This document shows, piece by piece, positions 12,315-24,543 of a stretch of DNA of 64,000 nucleotides. Under the pieces are notes generated by a model that did no database searches, was not told the DNA's origin, and saw nothing but the letters and a program-made list of their open reading frames with translations. This DNA comes from Azolla caroliniana (Eukaryota; Plantae; Polypodiophyta). Each line of letters opens with the position of its first letter. The first letter of the stretch is position 1. The position numbers and the translations under genes are program-made. The stretch spans positions 13,206,001-13,270,000 of the forward strand of contig JBHGNT010000016.1 in NCBI GenBank assembly GCA_043228905.1, given 5' to 3'.

Positions 12315-13021
12315 TGTCGTAGTGTATTCCACACACTACGTGAAAACCATAAAATAATATATCTGAATTTAGATACATATAAATAAATAAATAATATATC
12401 AAAAGAATTTATCACGTGCATAGGGCAAGATTCGAACCATGCACCTCCACGTAGATAAACCCCAACTTTACCATTGTAATAACTTATCTTTAGTGTTATA
12501 AATATAGATTTAATACGTATAAGACCTTTATTTACACATACCTTTATTAAAAGGTAAAAATCATGTATTCTTTAGAGTGTGAATATTTTATTTACACGTG
12601 ACATTAAAAGTGACTCATGCACATCTAGCGTGCACGAGCCCTATATTTAGGAAATGACAAAACATCACATGCACATTTAGTGTGCATGGGCACTTTAGGT
12701 GAAAACGCATGAAGCCATGCTTAGCCTCTTCCATCTTTATATAAGGAGGAGAAAAATATGTATATGGTTGTTGATTAATATACAAGTTTTTGATCAATCT
12801 AATATATTCGTGGGATTCACGAATTTTGCCATCTAAATTACTCTTATAATCTAAATATTGTTTTAAAATACACTAAACTCGTGGGATTCACGAGATTACT
12901 ATCTTACTTCTCTTCGTATTATTCATAACTAGCCTTAAGTTGTATTCCTCTTCCTCCTAGTCCAAAACCTCGGCGGTTCCCACCCGACTCACGCAACGAT
13001 CCGGAGCCGAAGGGCTCGACA
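12315..13021 (+). repeat. 3' LTR of element A
   Basis: Direct repeat of 5938-6644. Confidence 0.97.
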
Positions 13022-13669
13022 ATGTAACCATGTGATGGGCCACATGGGCCTATTATGAAAAGATGGTTGTTGTTGGCTTGACCATTAGGTTGCTCCTTAT
13101 GGTATGCCATTGTAATGATGAGACTTGAGGTTGGGTAACATACCAACATAGTTGTCTAGTTAACAAGGGGAAAATAAGGTTTCTAGACACATGTTTTCTT
13201 TTAAAAAACATATATGGGCAAATGCCTTCGTATATCCCTCAATCGCATAAGCATTAAACATTAAAAAAGAGCGAGCCATTTGGTTAGCTCAAGTGTTTAA
13301 TGTATTTGTTCTCGAGGTCTTGAGTTAAAATATGACTAAGACCATACAACATTATTGATACATATGACTATAAAACATGTTTAGACTTTAGGTCTAAGTG
13401 CACTACGGGGTTCTCGTAATAGGACTTAAAGAACCGAAACCACATGGGTGGACATAGAGACATAGTTTATTGTTAACATTTTTTCGTGTATAAACTATTC
13501 ATGATGCAAACATACATGGTTGAGCCGCCATCAAAAAATCGATATAGAGATCAGGGAAAGACATTCATTTGTCACCCCCACGGTTTTTAAAACACCTTTT
13601 AGTAACCTGATCTTGAACCTCATCTCATACGTCTAGAGGGGTATTGACATGAGATCATGATATCGACTA

Positions 13670-14371
13670 ATGTTTGCCCATGATATGTTTACATCACGAC
13701 ATTATGTTATGGCTAATTGTTTGACCCTATCTTATTTCTTTGCTAGACATTATATTTTCATGGCTCATAATAATGACATGATGAAATCTGCCGAAGCGGA
13801 GGGGATTCAAGGAAATCCTCACATTGGGCCAATCTCAATTCAGCCGTATATTTTACAAATACAAAATTTCCTTAATTTTACCATGAACAAGATTTCCCCT
13901 CTTCGGCAATCTCATGGTGCTCTAGAAGCACACGTCATTAGTATGCAATGCGATACTAATAGACTAGATGAATGTCAAGGTGAGCAATCGTTTGTCGTGA
14001 AGCCATTTACAGGAGAAAAAAAGGAAAGACCTGAAGAGGCAATCTGCACATGGCTAGGCCGATGGGAGTCTCATTTTGAGCTCCATCCCATGCATGATAG
14101 TACAAAGATTGCATATGATGGTCGAGAACTAGGGGGTAAGGTCACTGCTTGGTGGCATGGGCTTCACACTATTGGGAAATTGCTCGATACTTGGACAGAC
14201 TTTGCCACAATTTTCAAGGGCCAATTTCTACAACCTCCATCTTGCACCAAGGCAACACAAGAATTAATGAACCTCTCTAGACGGAAATTTTGCTTGATAG
14301 AAGATTATTTTCACTATACTAGAATCCAAGTTCAAAAATCGGGTCTAGAAGGTGACAATTGGTTAATAGCT
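13670..14371 (+). pseudogene. Ty3/Gypsy gag (retrotransposon capsid) fragment, truncated against element B
   Basis: PFTG..TWL..W..F; LGGKVTAWW; TWTDFATIFKGQF pattern typical of retrotransposon Gag. Confidence 0.7.
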
Positions 14372-17300
14372 CTAGCATTTTGAAAGTATGTGAGGTTTTT
14401 ATGATAATTGTAAACAATGATTTGGTGGGGAGAACCTTCTAAGAGATGCCTCCATTGTTCGAACGAGTCTATAATGGCTAGGAGCTCTTTGTTGTGATCT
14501 CTGCAACTTCGAATTTGCATGAATGGAAAGAAATTGGATGCAGCTTTCCATCATCTCCAACCTGCAACAAGATACTTCCTAGTGCAAAATTAGACCCATC
14601 CGCGTCGATGATAGAGGGGTTTTCTAGGTCAACATGAAGTAGAATAGCAGTAGAACTCAATGCTCTCTTTAGGTTTTCAAAAGCTTGGTCGCACTAGAAT
14701 TTCGTGTAAGCTCCGTGAGAGGCATTATGATGTTGGAGTAGTTCTTGATAAATTTGTGGTAAAAATTTACAAATCCTAAGAAACACTGAACATCACACAT
14801 TGAGCGAGGTGTTTCCTAGCTTAGAACTGTTTGAACCTTGGATGGATCCATAGATATACCTTGTTGTGAAACCACATACCCTAGAAACTCCACGTGGTTT
14901 TGATCAAAGCTACATTTCTCGAGTTTGGCATAGAGCCCATATTCTCGTAAGCGTTGGAGGACTTGGCGAACATGTGTGTCATGCTCTTCTTGATTTTTTG
15001 AGTAGATCAAGATGTCATTAAGATATACTATGTTAAATGAATCCAAGAAGTTGCGGGCGCATTCATGAGACCAAAAGGCATAACTGTGTACTCGAAATGT
15101 CTGTATTGAGTACAAAATGCTATTTTCCATTCGTCCCCTAGACGTATCTGAACAAGGTTATATGTGCCTCGAAGGTCTAGCTTTGTGAAAACTTTAGCTC
15201 CACTAAGACGCTGTAGTAAACTCGACATCAAGGGTAGAGCATATCTATTTCAAATTGTGATTTTGTTTAAACCTTGATAGTCCATGACCAATCGTAGAAA
15301 CCCATCTTTCTTCTTGACAAAGAAGATGGGTGCACCAACAGGGCTTTTAGAATGTCGAATGAATCCATTTGCTAAGTGCTCATCTATATACTCTCAAGGG
15401 CCTTGAGTTCAGAAGGTGATAGATTATATATTGGGCTCCATGGTGGCTCATTCCCAGATTGTAGATCGATCGCAAAATCATAAGGACAATGGTCAGGGAG
15501 AGAACTAGCTTTAGTTTTGTTGAAGATGTCTTCAAAATCCAAGTACTTAGTAGGGAGGTGAGTATATGCCCCTTGTGAACTAGAGGATGGATTTGCTGTT
15601 ACGGCAAAGAAAAGCATTTCATTTGTCCGCTGTCTTCTCATAAGTTTTGTAGAGAGATGGGCGACATTTGGTGAGGTTTTGAATCTTGGTTGGTAGTAAC
15701 AAGGTTGTTGGATTCAGGTTTTTGTTGGAAATCATTGATTGCTCAATTTCTCCAGTCAATTTTAGGATTATGAAGCTCAAACCAAGGATAATTAGATGCT
15801 CAAGGCTACTAATTATATTAAAGGAAATCACACAAGCAAAGCTACCAAGGACTATTCGAATTGGTTCAGATTCTTCAACTATATGCCCAGATGCAATAGG
15901 GCAATCATCAATGACTGCACCAGATGCATGACAAGGGAGGTTTCTCAATAGGATATTTTTGGGATAAAGCAAATTCTTTGTCCATAAAACAAGAGTTGGC
16001 TCTCGAATCTTAGAGAGTAGAGGCAAGAACTCGATGACTCCTAGAAGTGCTAAGCTCAACTTGTGCTAAAAATATTTGCTAACATGATTCGATAAAATGG
16101 AACCACTACTTGGGGCTGCCTTAACAAATTCAGGACTGTCCAACCAAATGGCTCCGATTTTGGTTGGACTTATTCGTTTAATATTTCATCAAGTTGACTC
16201 AAGACTTCGAAACTATTGGACTGACCATGACATGTGGAACTATTAGGGCTAGATGATCTAACTAGGGAATTGGAATGAAATTTCTCATTCGTACTTACTT
16301 GATTTACTTGTCATTTTGGCCTATGTGGGAAATTGATTGCGATGTGTCCCGGACCACCACAATACAAACATAGACGGTTTGCTCGACGTTGTTGCTTCTG
16401 AGCTTCAGACAAAGGCCCTCAACGACAAGTTACATCAATATCTCCATTGGACTAGGACCACCTGATGGAATCATGTGTGAAGTTTGGGTAGTTCTCGTGG
16501 ATGTTCAGGCTACTACCGAAGCATACATTTGATCCGTTCTTGGTCATGACATTAATTGATGCTCTGAACGTCACTTGAATAAGCGGTTGTCACATCGCAC
16601 TACATGACTTATCTCTTTGGTAAGTGATCTTGGATCTTCATGGAAAGTAAATAGCAAATCCTTTAGATCATTTCGTAGTCCATAGCGGAATTGATCCATT
16701 AAGGCTTCTTCATCTCACAGAATATCACAAGCTAGGAGCCGGAAATCTGCGGCATAGGCAGAGGTAGGACGATCCCCTTGATGTAGTCTTTGAATCTTAT
16801 TAATTGTTGTTCTAACACTATCAGTGTCTCCAAAGTTTTCTTGAAATTCTCCAATAAAACCTTCGAAGTCTTGGAGAAGAGGAAACTTCCTTTCTAGCAT
16901 TGGTGCAAACCATGCTAATGCAGTTCCTGTTAAGAGGGTCCCAAATTAAACTACATCAATCGGATACCTATATAGGGTGCATATGAATTACTAGACGTAC
17001 TTGGTTTAGAAACCCTTGATAGTGTGATCGAGTACCATCAAAATTCCCAAGCAAACAAATTTTTGGTTCTTTGGGAGAGGTTTGTTGCATTGAAGCTTGT
17101 TGATGAAGAGACCACAATGTTGTTTCGAGTTGCAATACACGTGTTGATAACTCGTCATATTGTTGTGCCTTTTCTATGCTTACTTGTTGCAAAACTCCAA
17201 GTAGTCGTTGATTCTCTTGCTTTAAGGCCACAAACTTATTTGTGAGATGCTCTAGTTTAGAGATGACTCGAACATACTCTTGCTTGCTAACTGACTCCAT

Positions 17301-17386
17301 GGCAAGTATAACGTTTGGTAAGATTCTCAAGGAGAAGGACGGGAGGAAGAGAGAGAGAGAGAGAAGGGAGGATTTCCGGTTCAAAC

Positions 17387-17853
17387 TGTTAGGGACGAAG
17401 TTAGGGATGAGTTTTAAAATGAAGAAGAGAATGAGAAGCGGAAGATATGACAAAAACGAGAGAGAATAAGAAGAATTTGATAATGTATTAACAAAGGTTT
17501 ACAAGAATATGACGAAGACTGGCGTTGAACTCGAATGGTTCTAAAAATACAATCTGTCCTACTTATATTGGAGTAGTATGTGCCCCTTGGATGTTTGTAG
17601 GGTCATGATACCCTTTGGGATGTTGTAGGGTCATGATACCCTTTGGGATGTTTTAGGGTCATGATACCCTATGGGATATTGTAGGGTCATGCCACCCTTT
17701 GGATATTTATAGGGTTATATTATCAATATTATAATAAAGCAATATCTTTATGGACAACATATATAACATAATGGCTAAAGCTAAGTGTCCTTTCGTAGGA
17801 GGTTATGGGTTTGAGTCACCCTAAACCTCATGGGGTTTTATCTACTCATGACA
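17387..17853 (-). repeat. 5' LTR of element B
   Basis: tgttaggg...catgaca; shares aagactggcgttgaac and the terminal catgaca with the element C LTR. Confidence 0.8.
17581..17716. repeat. ~29-bp tandem repeat (~5 units) inside the U3 of LTR B
   Basis: Unit tagggtcatgataccctttgggatgttg with an internal inverted repeat agggt..accct. Confidence 0.85.
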
Positions 17854-18052
17854 TTTCCCATGAGGATGAAGAGTGAAGTGTTTACACACTTTCAAAAATT
17901 CAAAAGAGAAGTCAAAAAGACCACTGAGGTTATGGGTTCCAATCACCCTAAACCTCATGGGGTTTTATCTACTCATGACATTTCCCATGAGGATGAAGAG
18001 TGAAGTGTTTACACACTTTCAAAAATTCAAAAGAGACATCGAAAAGACAACT
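17799..18052. repeat. 127-bp tandem duplication spanning the LTR B / Copia junction
   Basis: 17799-17925 repeated at 17926-18052 with a few substitutions. Confidence 0.9.
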
Positions 18053-19517
18053 GGCCACCATGTACAATGTCTTCGGTTGGATGGAGGAAAGGAATACTTC
18101 TCTGATGTGTTCACGACATACTTTCAACAAGAAGGAATTCGGCAAGAATTCACTTGCCGAGACAAACTGCAACAGAACGGTGTAGCCAAATGCAAGAATC
18201 ACCACATCCTTGAAGTAGTAAGGGCCATGCTAAACAAAAAGCATATGCCCAAGTCATATTGGGTAGAAGCTGCAAATACTACTGTCTACCTCATGAATCG
18301 ATGCACAACATCCGGAGTGCACAATGTAACCCCACATGAGAAGTACTATGGAAGGAAACCGGATCTTATGTGCACATTTCCGATGAGAAGCGGTAGAAGC
18401 TTGACCCAAAATCGGAGAAGTGCATCCTCGTGGGGTACTCACTAGAGCAAAAGGGGTACAAGGGCTTCAACCCCTCTACTTAGAAGGTTTGTGTAAGTCG
18501 GGATGTCGTCTTTGATGAATTGGCACCATGGTAAGAACTTGAGCCGACTCCTCTTGAACCAGTCGACCCAAACTTGGCCAACCAAGAAATAGAAGACGAA
18601 GATCAACTGAGGCATATGTTCGAAGAAAGTTTGATCACGACTAGGCTTAGTGAGCCACAAGAGCCACCGAGCAACCAGAGCACATCTCAGCCAAGTCCAA
18701 AGATGGACAAAGGCAAGGCAAAAATGCTGGAATATGAAGACGATCAATTCGATGGCAACAAATCAACTCACTCACTCAATAGTGAGTTCGGTGGCTTATA
18801 TTTGCCTCTTATGATATCACCCAGAGTTAAGAAAGAACTCACATCGGCAAATGAGAAACTTTGTCGCTCCACCCGAGAGAAGAATTTGGTTAGTCGATTC
18901 GGCTACAACGACTATATGGCATATCGCTATGCCTTTATGATGAAGGTGGTAACTGTTTGAGAACTGGAAAGTTTCTTCGAAGCAGCCAAGGATCCATGAT
19001 GGGTCAAAGCAATGAATGAGGAGATGTGGGCACTATGCAAGAATGAGACATGGGATCTCGTTTCCCATTCACCACACCAAAAAGCGATTGGTTGCAAATG
19101 GATTTACAAAGTGAAATATAATGCCAACGGCTCCGTCAACTGCTACAAAGCCCAATTCGTAGCGAAAGGATACGCACAAACACATGTAGTCAACTATGAA
19201 GAGACCTTTGCCCTGGTGGCAAAGATGACGACTGTGCCGATCGTGATTGCGCTTGCAATGACGAAAGGGTGGCACCTCCATCAGATGAACATCAAGAAAG
19301 CCTTTCTTCAAGGTGAATTAGAAGAGGAGGTGTATATGGTACAACCACCTGGACGGAGGAAAGAAATACTTCTCCGATGCGTTCACGACATACCTTTGAC
19401 AAGAAGGAATTCAACGAGAATTCACTTGCCAACACACACCACAATAGAACGGTGTAGCCGAATGTAAGAATCGACACATCCTCGATGTAGCAAGGGCCAT
19501 GCTAAACAAGAAGCATA
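17854..19517 (+). mobile_element. Degenerate Ty1/Copia fragment I (integrase, RT N-terminus, second integrase piece)
   Basis: LDGGKEY, QQNGVA, KWIYKVK, AFLQGELEEEVYMVQPPG; 19351-19517 repeats the integrase segment at ~18078-18245. Confidence 0.9.
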
Positions 19518-19518
19518 A

Positions 19519-22500
19519 GAGGCCGACTCCTTCTACTTTGTATCCATACAAGTGCAAACACGTCTGTCATGATTTATCTTGAGTCTTGTAGAGAGAGAGT
19601 TACAAAGAAATAGAGAACTTCCATGGAAGCTCTAACTGTGTTTACCGTGTCTATCTTCTTCTTCTTCTTATCACTACATATTAGTGTTGTTTGTTGTGCA
19701 TAGAAAGATAGGTCCTCATACACATACTTCCGCACATATATCCGAACATATAACAACAAGCTGTATCAGAGTGACTTACTGTTTAGCGCTGACGAATAGC
19801 AAAGAAACCAAGAAGAGGAAACCTCACAGCTAAAAGAAAAGATCAGGTCAGTAAATCTCACTTCAAATGAACATGGCTTCAATATCTGGAATAGGAGTTG
19901 AAATCTGAAAGTTTGATGACAAAAACTTTTCCCTGTGGAAGGAGATGATGCAAGACATGCTGATCATTCGAAGATAGGTCAAAGCCATTTGACATAGTGA
20001 AAAACCTGCTTCAATGTCAGCAGAAGAGTGGAGATCAATAGACGAGATCACACGCTCCACCATTCAAATGCACCTAGCCAAAAATGTCTACTTCAGTATG
20101 GCAAAGTAGACAACAACATTCTCGCTATGGGAGAAGTTATAGGCTTTATATGAAAAGAAGTCCTCATCTTTAAAACTAATACTGATAAGACAACTATTGA
20201 ACATGAAGATGAGAGAGATCGATCCAACCACCTCTCACATCAACACCTTCAGTCGGGTGTTGTTTGAACTCTCCTCCCAAGGGATCAACTTCGAAGAAGA
20301 AGTGAAAGCCCTTGCCCTCCTATCAAGCTTGCCGCCAAGTTGGGAGGTATTCTGCACGACATTCACCAATAGCAACCCTAGGTTGAACCTGGACGAAATT
20401 ATCGGCCAAATCCTCATAGAGGATATTTGGCAAAAGTTGATGGGACTCACCATCGACGAGACGGAGGAAACCCATCACTCGATTGAGTCGATAAACCAAT
20501 CTAGTAGATCGAGAGAAAAAGACGAATGAACTAGTTGAAACACCAGATGATCGAGAAAGAGGGGAGACCAACAACGGTAAAAGTCGAGAAACAGCCAACC
20601 AGGTGACTTCTTCACTCACTGAAGAAAAACTGGTCACAACGTTTCCAATTGCTGGTCGATCTAGAGAAGAGAGAGCAGTTGCTGTTTGACCATGTAATGG
20701 GCACAAGGGCATATTGTAGGGATCAGAGAGGTCCCCATCCAATTGTCGAATGACAACATGATCACCTTGCACCATTTTTGGCATGTACTTGATCTAAAAA
20801 GGAGTCTAGTCTCCATCAACATGTTAACTGAAGACGGGTACCAAATGACTCTCAATGAGTCGACATGGATGATCAACCGAGGAAACCTGAAGATCAGAAG
20901 CGGACACAAGTACAACAACTTGTATCCAATTAGGGTGATCAATCCAAAAGGGGCCATGAATGTAGCCGAATCGATCGACCCAAACTTATGGCATGGCCGA
21001 ATCGGCCATATGTCACAAGCCAAACTTGACCGGCTAATGGTGGTTGACTACATCTTGAAACTCCAGAAAAAGATGGACTTCTGTGAGCATTGTCATTATG
21101 GGAAACAAACCCAAAGTCTGCCCTCTCTCCACTACGAGACGGTACGACAACCCCTAGAGCTCGTCATTAGGAGGCACCCGGTACTTCATCACATTTGTAG
21201 ATGATTGTACACAGAAAGTCTGGGCCTACTCGATTAGGTCAAAAGACAAAGTGCTTGAAGTCTTCACTTGATGGCTAGTTGAAGTGGAGAACCGGTTGGG
21301 ATACCGAGTGAAGACGCTTTGATCCGACAACGGAGGTGAGTATACCTCTTGAGCCTTCAAACAACACCTATCCAACAAAGGGATCCGGCACCAAAAGACC
21401 ATTCCATGCACACCCATGCAGAATGGAGTAGTTGAATGGATCAACCGAAGTTCTAGGGGAGGGTGACGACAATGCTCCAACAATTTGAATTGAAGTTGGA
21501 GTTCTGGGCCGAAGCATTGTAGATGGCAGTTTACATGATAAATCTATCACCCTCAAAAACAATCAGGCTCAAAGTGCCATAGGCACTATGGTTAGGAAAA
21601 CAACCAACCTAAGATACGCTCTATATATTCTAATGTGAAGCCTATGCATTCATTCCCAGGGAGAGAAGGACCAAGTTGGCGCCCCATGTGACAAAGTGCA
21701 TATTTCTCGGGTATGGAACTAATGGGGATTTCGGCTATCGACTATGGGACTCAGAGAACTGGAAATTGATCCGGAGTAGTGACGTAGTCCTCAATGACGA
21801 CTCGATTCTCTCCAAGCTGAACCAACAAAAAATATTAGCAAAAGAGTCTCTTTTGAAACCGAAAAATTCGTCGTAGAAGGACCGACCCAACGGGCCGAAT
21901 TAGAGGATCGACAAATAGTCGAAACCAACCAAGCAATCAATACTCTTGCCGACTCTAAATCGACACATGGTCCACTTGTCGACACCATTTTGACTATGAG
22001 ATTGATGATAGGAGACCAAGTCGAAAACATCATGTCTCCCACACAGATTAAGGCATTGAAAAGTCGAGCCGAACCGGCCAAGACCCTACTCCCTTTCTCA
22101 GTCAATCCGAAAGAAGCGGAGGATGATTCAACATTGCCGAAATACTATCATAGGGGTGAATCATCCCAAAGGACTCTTGAAGATGGTTTAAGCAATCTTA
22201 GTCAGTCGATTGAGCCAATTGAAGCAATTGAATCGACAAAATCGGTACCCAAGAGATTTGGACAAGTTCGGAGGCCAACGGAGTTCTATCAATTGGGCCT
22301 TGACTACGTCAACTAGATGGACACATGCAAACCAAGCTCCTAAGAGGAAGCCATAGTTGCGCCCGACGTCGACACATGGCTACAAGCCATGAAATCCGAG
22401 ATGGACTTGATTCATCAGAATTAGACATGGGAACCGGTTGAACTACCAGCTAGAAGGAAGCCGCTACCTTGCAAATGGGTATTCAGATACAAATATGTAT

Positions 22501-24543
22501 CCGATTCGGAGAAGCCCAAATACAAAGCTCGGATCTTCGCAAAGGGATTCAGACAATAACACAAGGTTGACTACGATTAGATATTCTCACTAGTAGTCAA
22601 GATGACCACCTTTAGGCTCCTCCTCGGGGTCGTGGCGATTGAAGACCTAGAGCTTGAGTTGCTAGACGTCAAGACGACTTTCCTACATGGAGACTTGGAA
22701 GAAGACATCTATATGTCTCAACCGCAGGTTTCATGGTGACAAGGGAGGAAGGTCACCTCGTATGTCGATTGAAGAAAAGCCTTTATGACTTAAAACAAAT
22801 GCCGAGGATGTGGTACCAGAAGTTCGACTCCTACATTCGACAACTCGGATATAGCCAGTTTGACTCCGACCCATGTATATATACTCAACAACTAGCCGAC
22901 GAGTCCCGGATCTATCTGATCCTATATGTCGACGACATGCTAATTGCACGGAGCAATCAAGCTGAAATTGAAAAGCTAAAGTGGAGCCTTCATGACAAGT
23001 TCACAATGAAGGAGCTTGGGCAATCCTGAGACATATTGGGCATGAGGATCAAGCAAAATCGGAAGACAAAGACTCTCCAACTCTCTGAGTCCGACTACAT
23101 TTGCAATGTGCTAAAGCACTTGAACATGGAGAACGTGAAGTCAACACTAACACTGCATCTGACGTCGATCCGATTATTGGATAGAGACTCTCCTTGGACA
23201 GATAAGGAGAGAGAGCTCAATGGAAAGATAGCCTACACATTGGTTGTACGAAGTATCATGTACACAATGGTGGCAACCCGACCCGACCTTGCATATGTCG
23301 TAGGGGTCGTCAGCTGGTACATGTCAAACCCAAGACAGAAGCATTGGGATGTCGTCAAGCACATCTTTTGGTACCTAAGAGGGATTGAAGATGCACAACT
23401 GACTTTCAAATCGACAAGTCTTATCGAAGTCGAAGACTATACCAACTCCAAATATGTCGGGAATCTGGATAATCAGAAGTCAACATCAGGCTACGTCCTC
23501 ATGCATGGTGGCAGCACCATTTCATGGAGGTCGCAGGTTCAAGAGTGCACAGTTTTGTCTACCATAGAAGCCGAGTACATAGCGGCAATGAAGGAAGCGA
23601 CCTGGCTGCTCTGACTGACTTCCGACTTCTCGGTAACAAGCCGAATAGACCGACCAACACTGACCATCCACTACAACTCATAGAGCGCAATGTACCTCAT
23701 CAATAATCTTGTCTATCATGCAAAGACAAAGCATATTGAGGTATGGTATCATCATATCCGGGAGCTAAAAGCTCAAAGTACGGAAGATCGACACCGAGGT
23801 GACCATCATCGATTGACTGACGAGCCCACTCCTAGATCAACGCTTTGGAGCACTAAGGGCAAATATGGGATTACGACAAGTGACCGAATAGAAGAAAGCC
23901 AACCACAGAGCAGAAGGTAAGTCGAAAAATGACCCGATCAGACAAGCTAAAGAAGCAAAGTTTGCAAAGTCGGAATACTGAGATAATGAAGATGTTGCGG
24001 TGAGCAAGGACACTGACATGAGAAGAGACAATCGAGGGATGAACAAGTCAGAAGACAGACCTAGGATCCAGGGGAGAGCATAGGAGCAAGCACGAGTGGA
24101 GAACGGATGATCGGGTAGAGGTTGAGAGTCAGAATCGGATACGAGCCAACCCGAACGAATGAGCCGACTCAGATGGAAAGTCGACATGTATAGTCGATTC
24201 GATCGATTTCGACAAGCCGACTACGATTCGGACAATCAACTGAATTAGGCTGAAAACCTACTTTACCTCCGCAATTTTGGTTGCATGTTGACAACCTAGC
24301 TTGTATATCTATACCTTTAGATTAGGCTTGTAATCTAGGTTTACAGGGGAGATAACCCCAATCATTTGTATACATAAGAAAGAGTAGTCCTTTTACGGGG
24401 GAGTTTGTTGGTATAAAAGGCAGACTCCTTATACTTTGTATCCATACAAGTGAACGCATCCAAATAGTTAGGCCTTGAGTATATAAACTCTAACCTAACG
24501 TTGTAATGATCATGACCGATCTTTAGTCTTGTAGAGAGAGAGT
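19519..24543 (+). mobile_element. Element H: degenerate near-complete Ty1/Copia (Tnt1/Tork-like)
   Basis: Partial LTR repeats at both ends (gactcctt..actttgtatccatacaagtg at ~19525 and ~24423), decayed Met PBS ctgtatcagagt 19761-19772, gag-INT-RT (LYVDD)-RH remnants with many stops. Confidence 0.9.

Larger units (their letters stand above)
8716..12357 (+). pseudogene. pol: pol (RT, RNase H, integrase) of element A with one premature stop
   Basis: LPQG and FLDD RT motifs, RNase H (VDTS, ETDC, NAVADMLSR), integrase HHCC (H..GHRG..CEKC) and GPY motif; single in-frame TAG at 11434-11436; ORF runs into the 3' LTR. Confidence 0.92.
5938..13021 (+). mobile_element. Element A: full-length, young Ty3/Gypsy non-chromovirus LTR retrotransposon (Phygy-like by inference)
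   Basis: 707-bp TG..CA LTRs with only ~3 visible differences, tRNA-Trp PBS, PPT, order gag-PR / RT-RH-INT; flanks acgt (5934-5937) / atgt (13022-13025) are a probable 4-bp TSD with one CpG transition. Confidence 0.97.
14372..17853 (-). mobile_element. Element B: degenerate, 3'-truncated Tcn1/Tf1-type Gypsy (5' LTR, gag, PR, RT, RNase H)
   Basis: Broken ORFs homologous to element C (EPKI..FDGTRS, MPFGL, DKELLAI); LTR 17387-17853 TG..CA; self-priming-type site next to the LTR. Confidence 0.92.
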
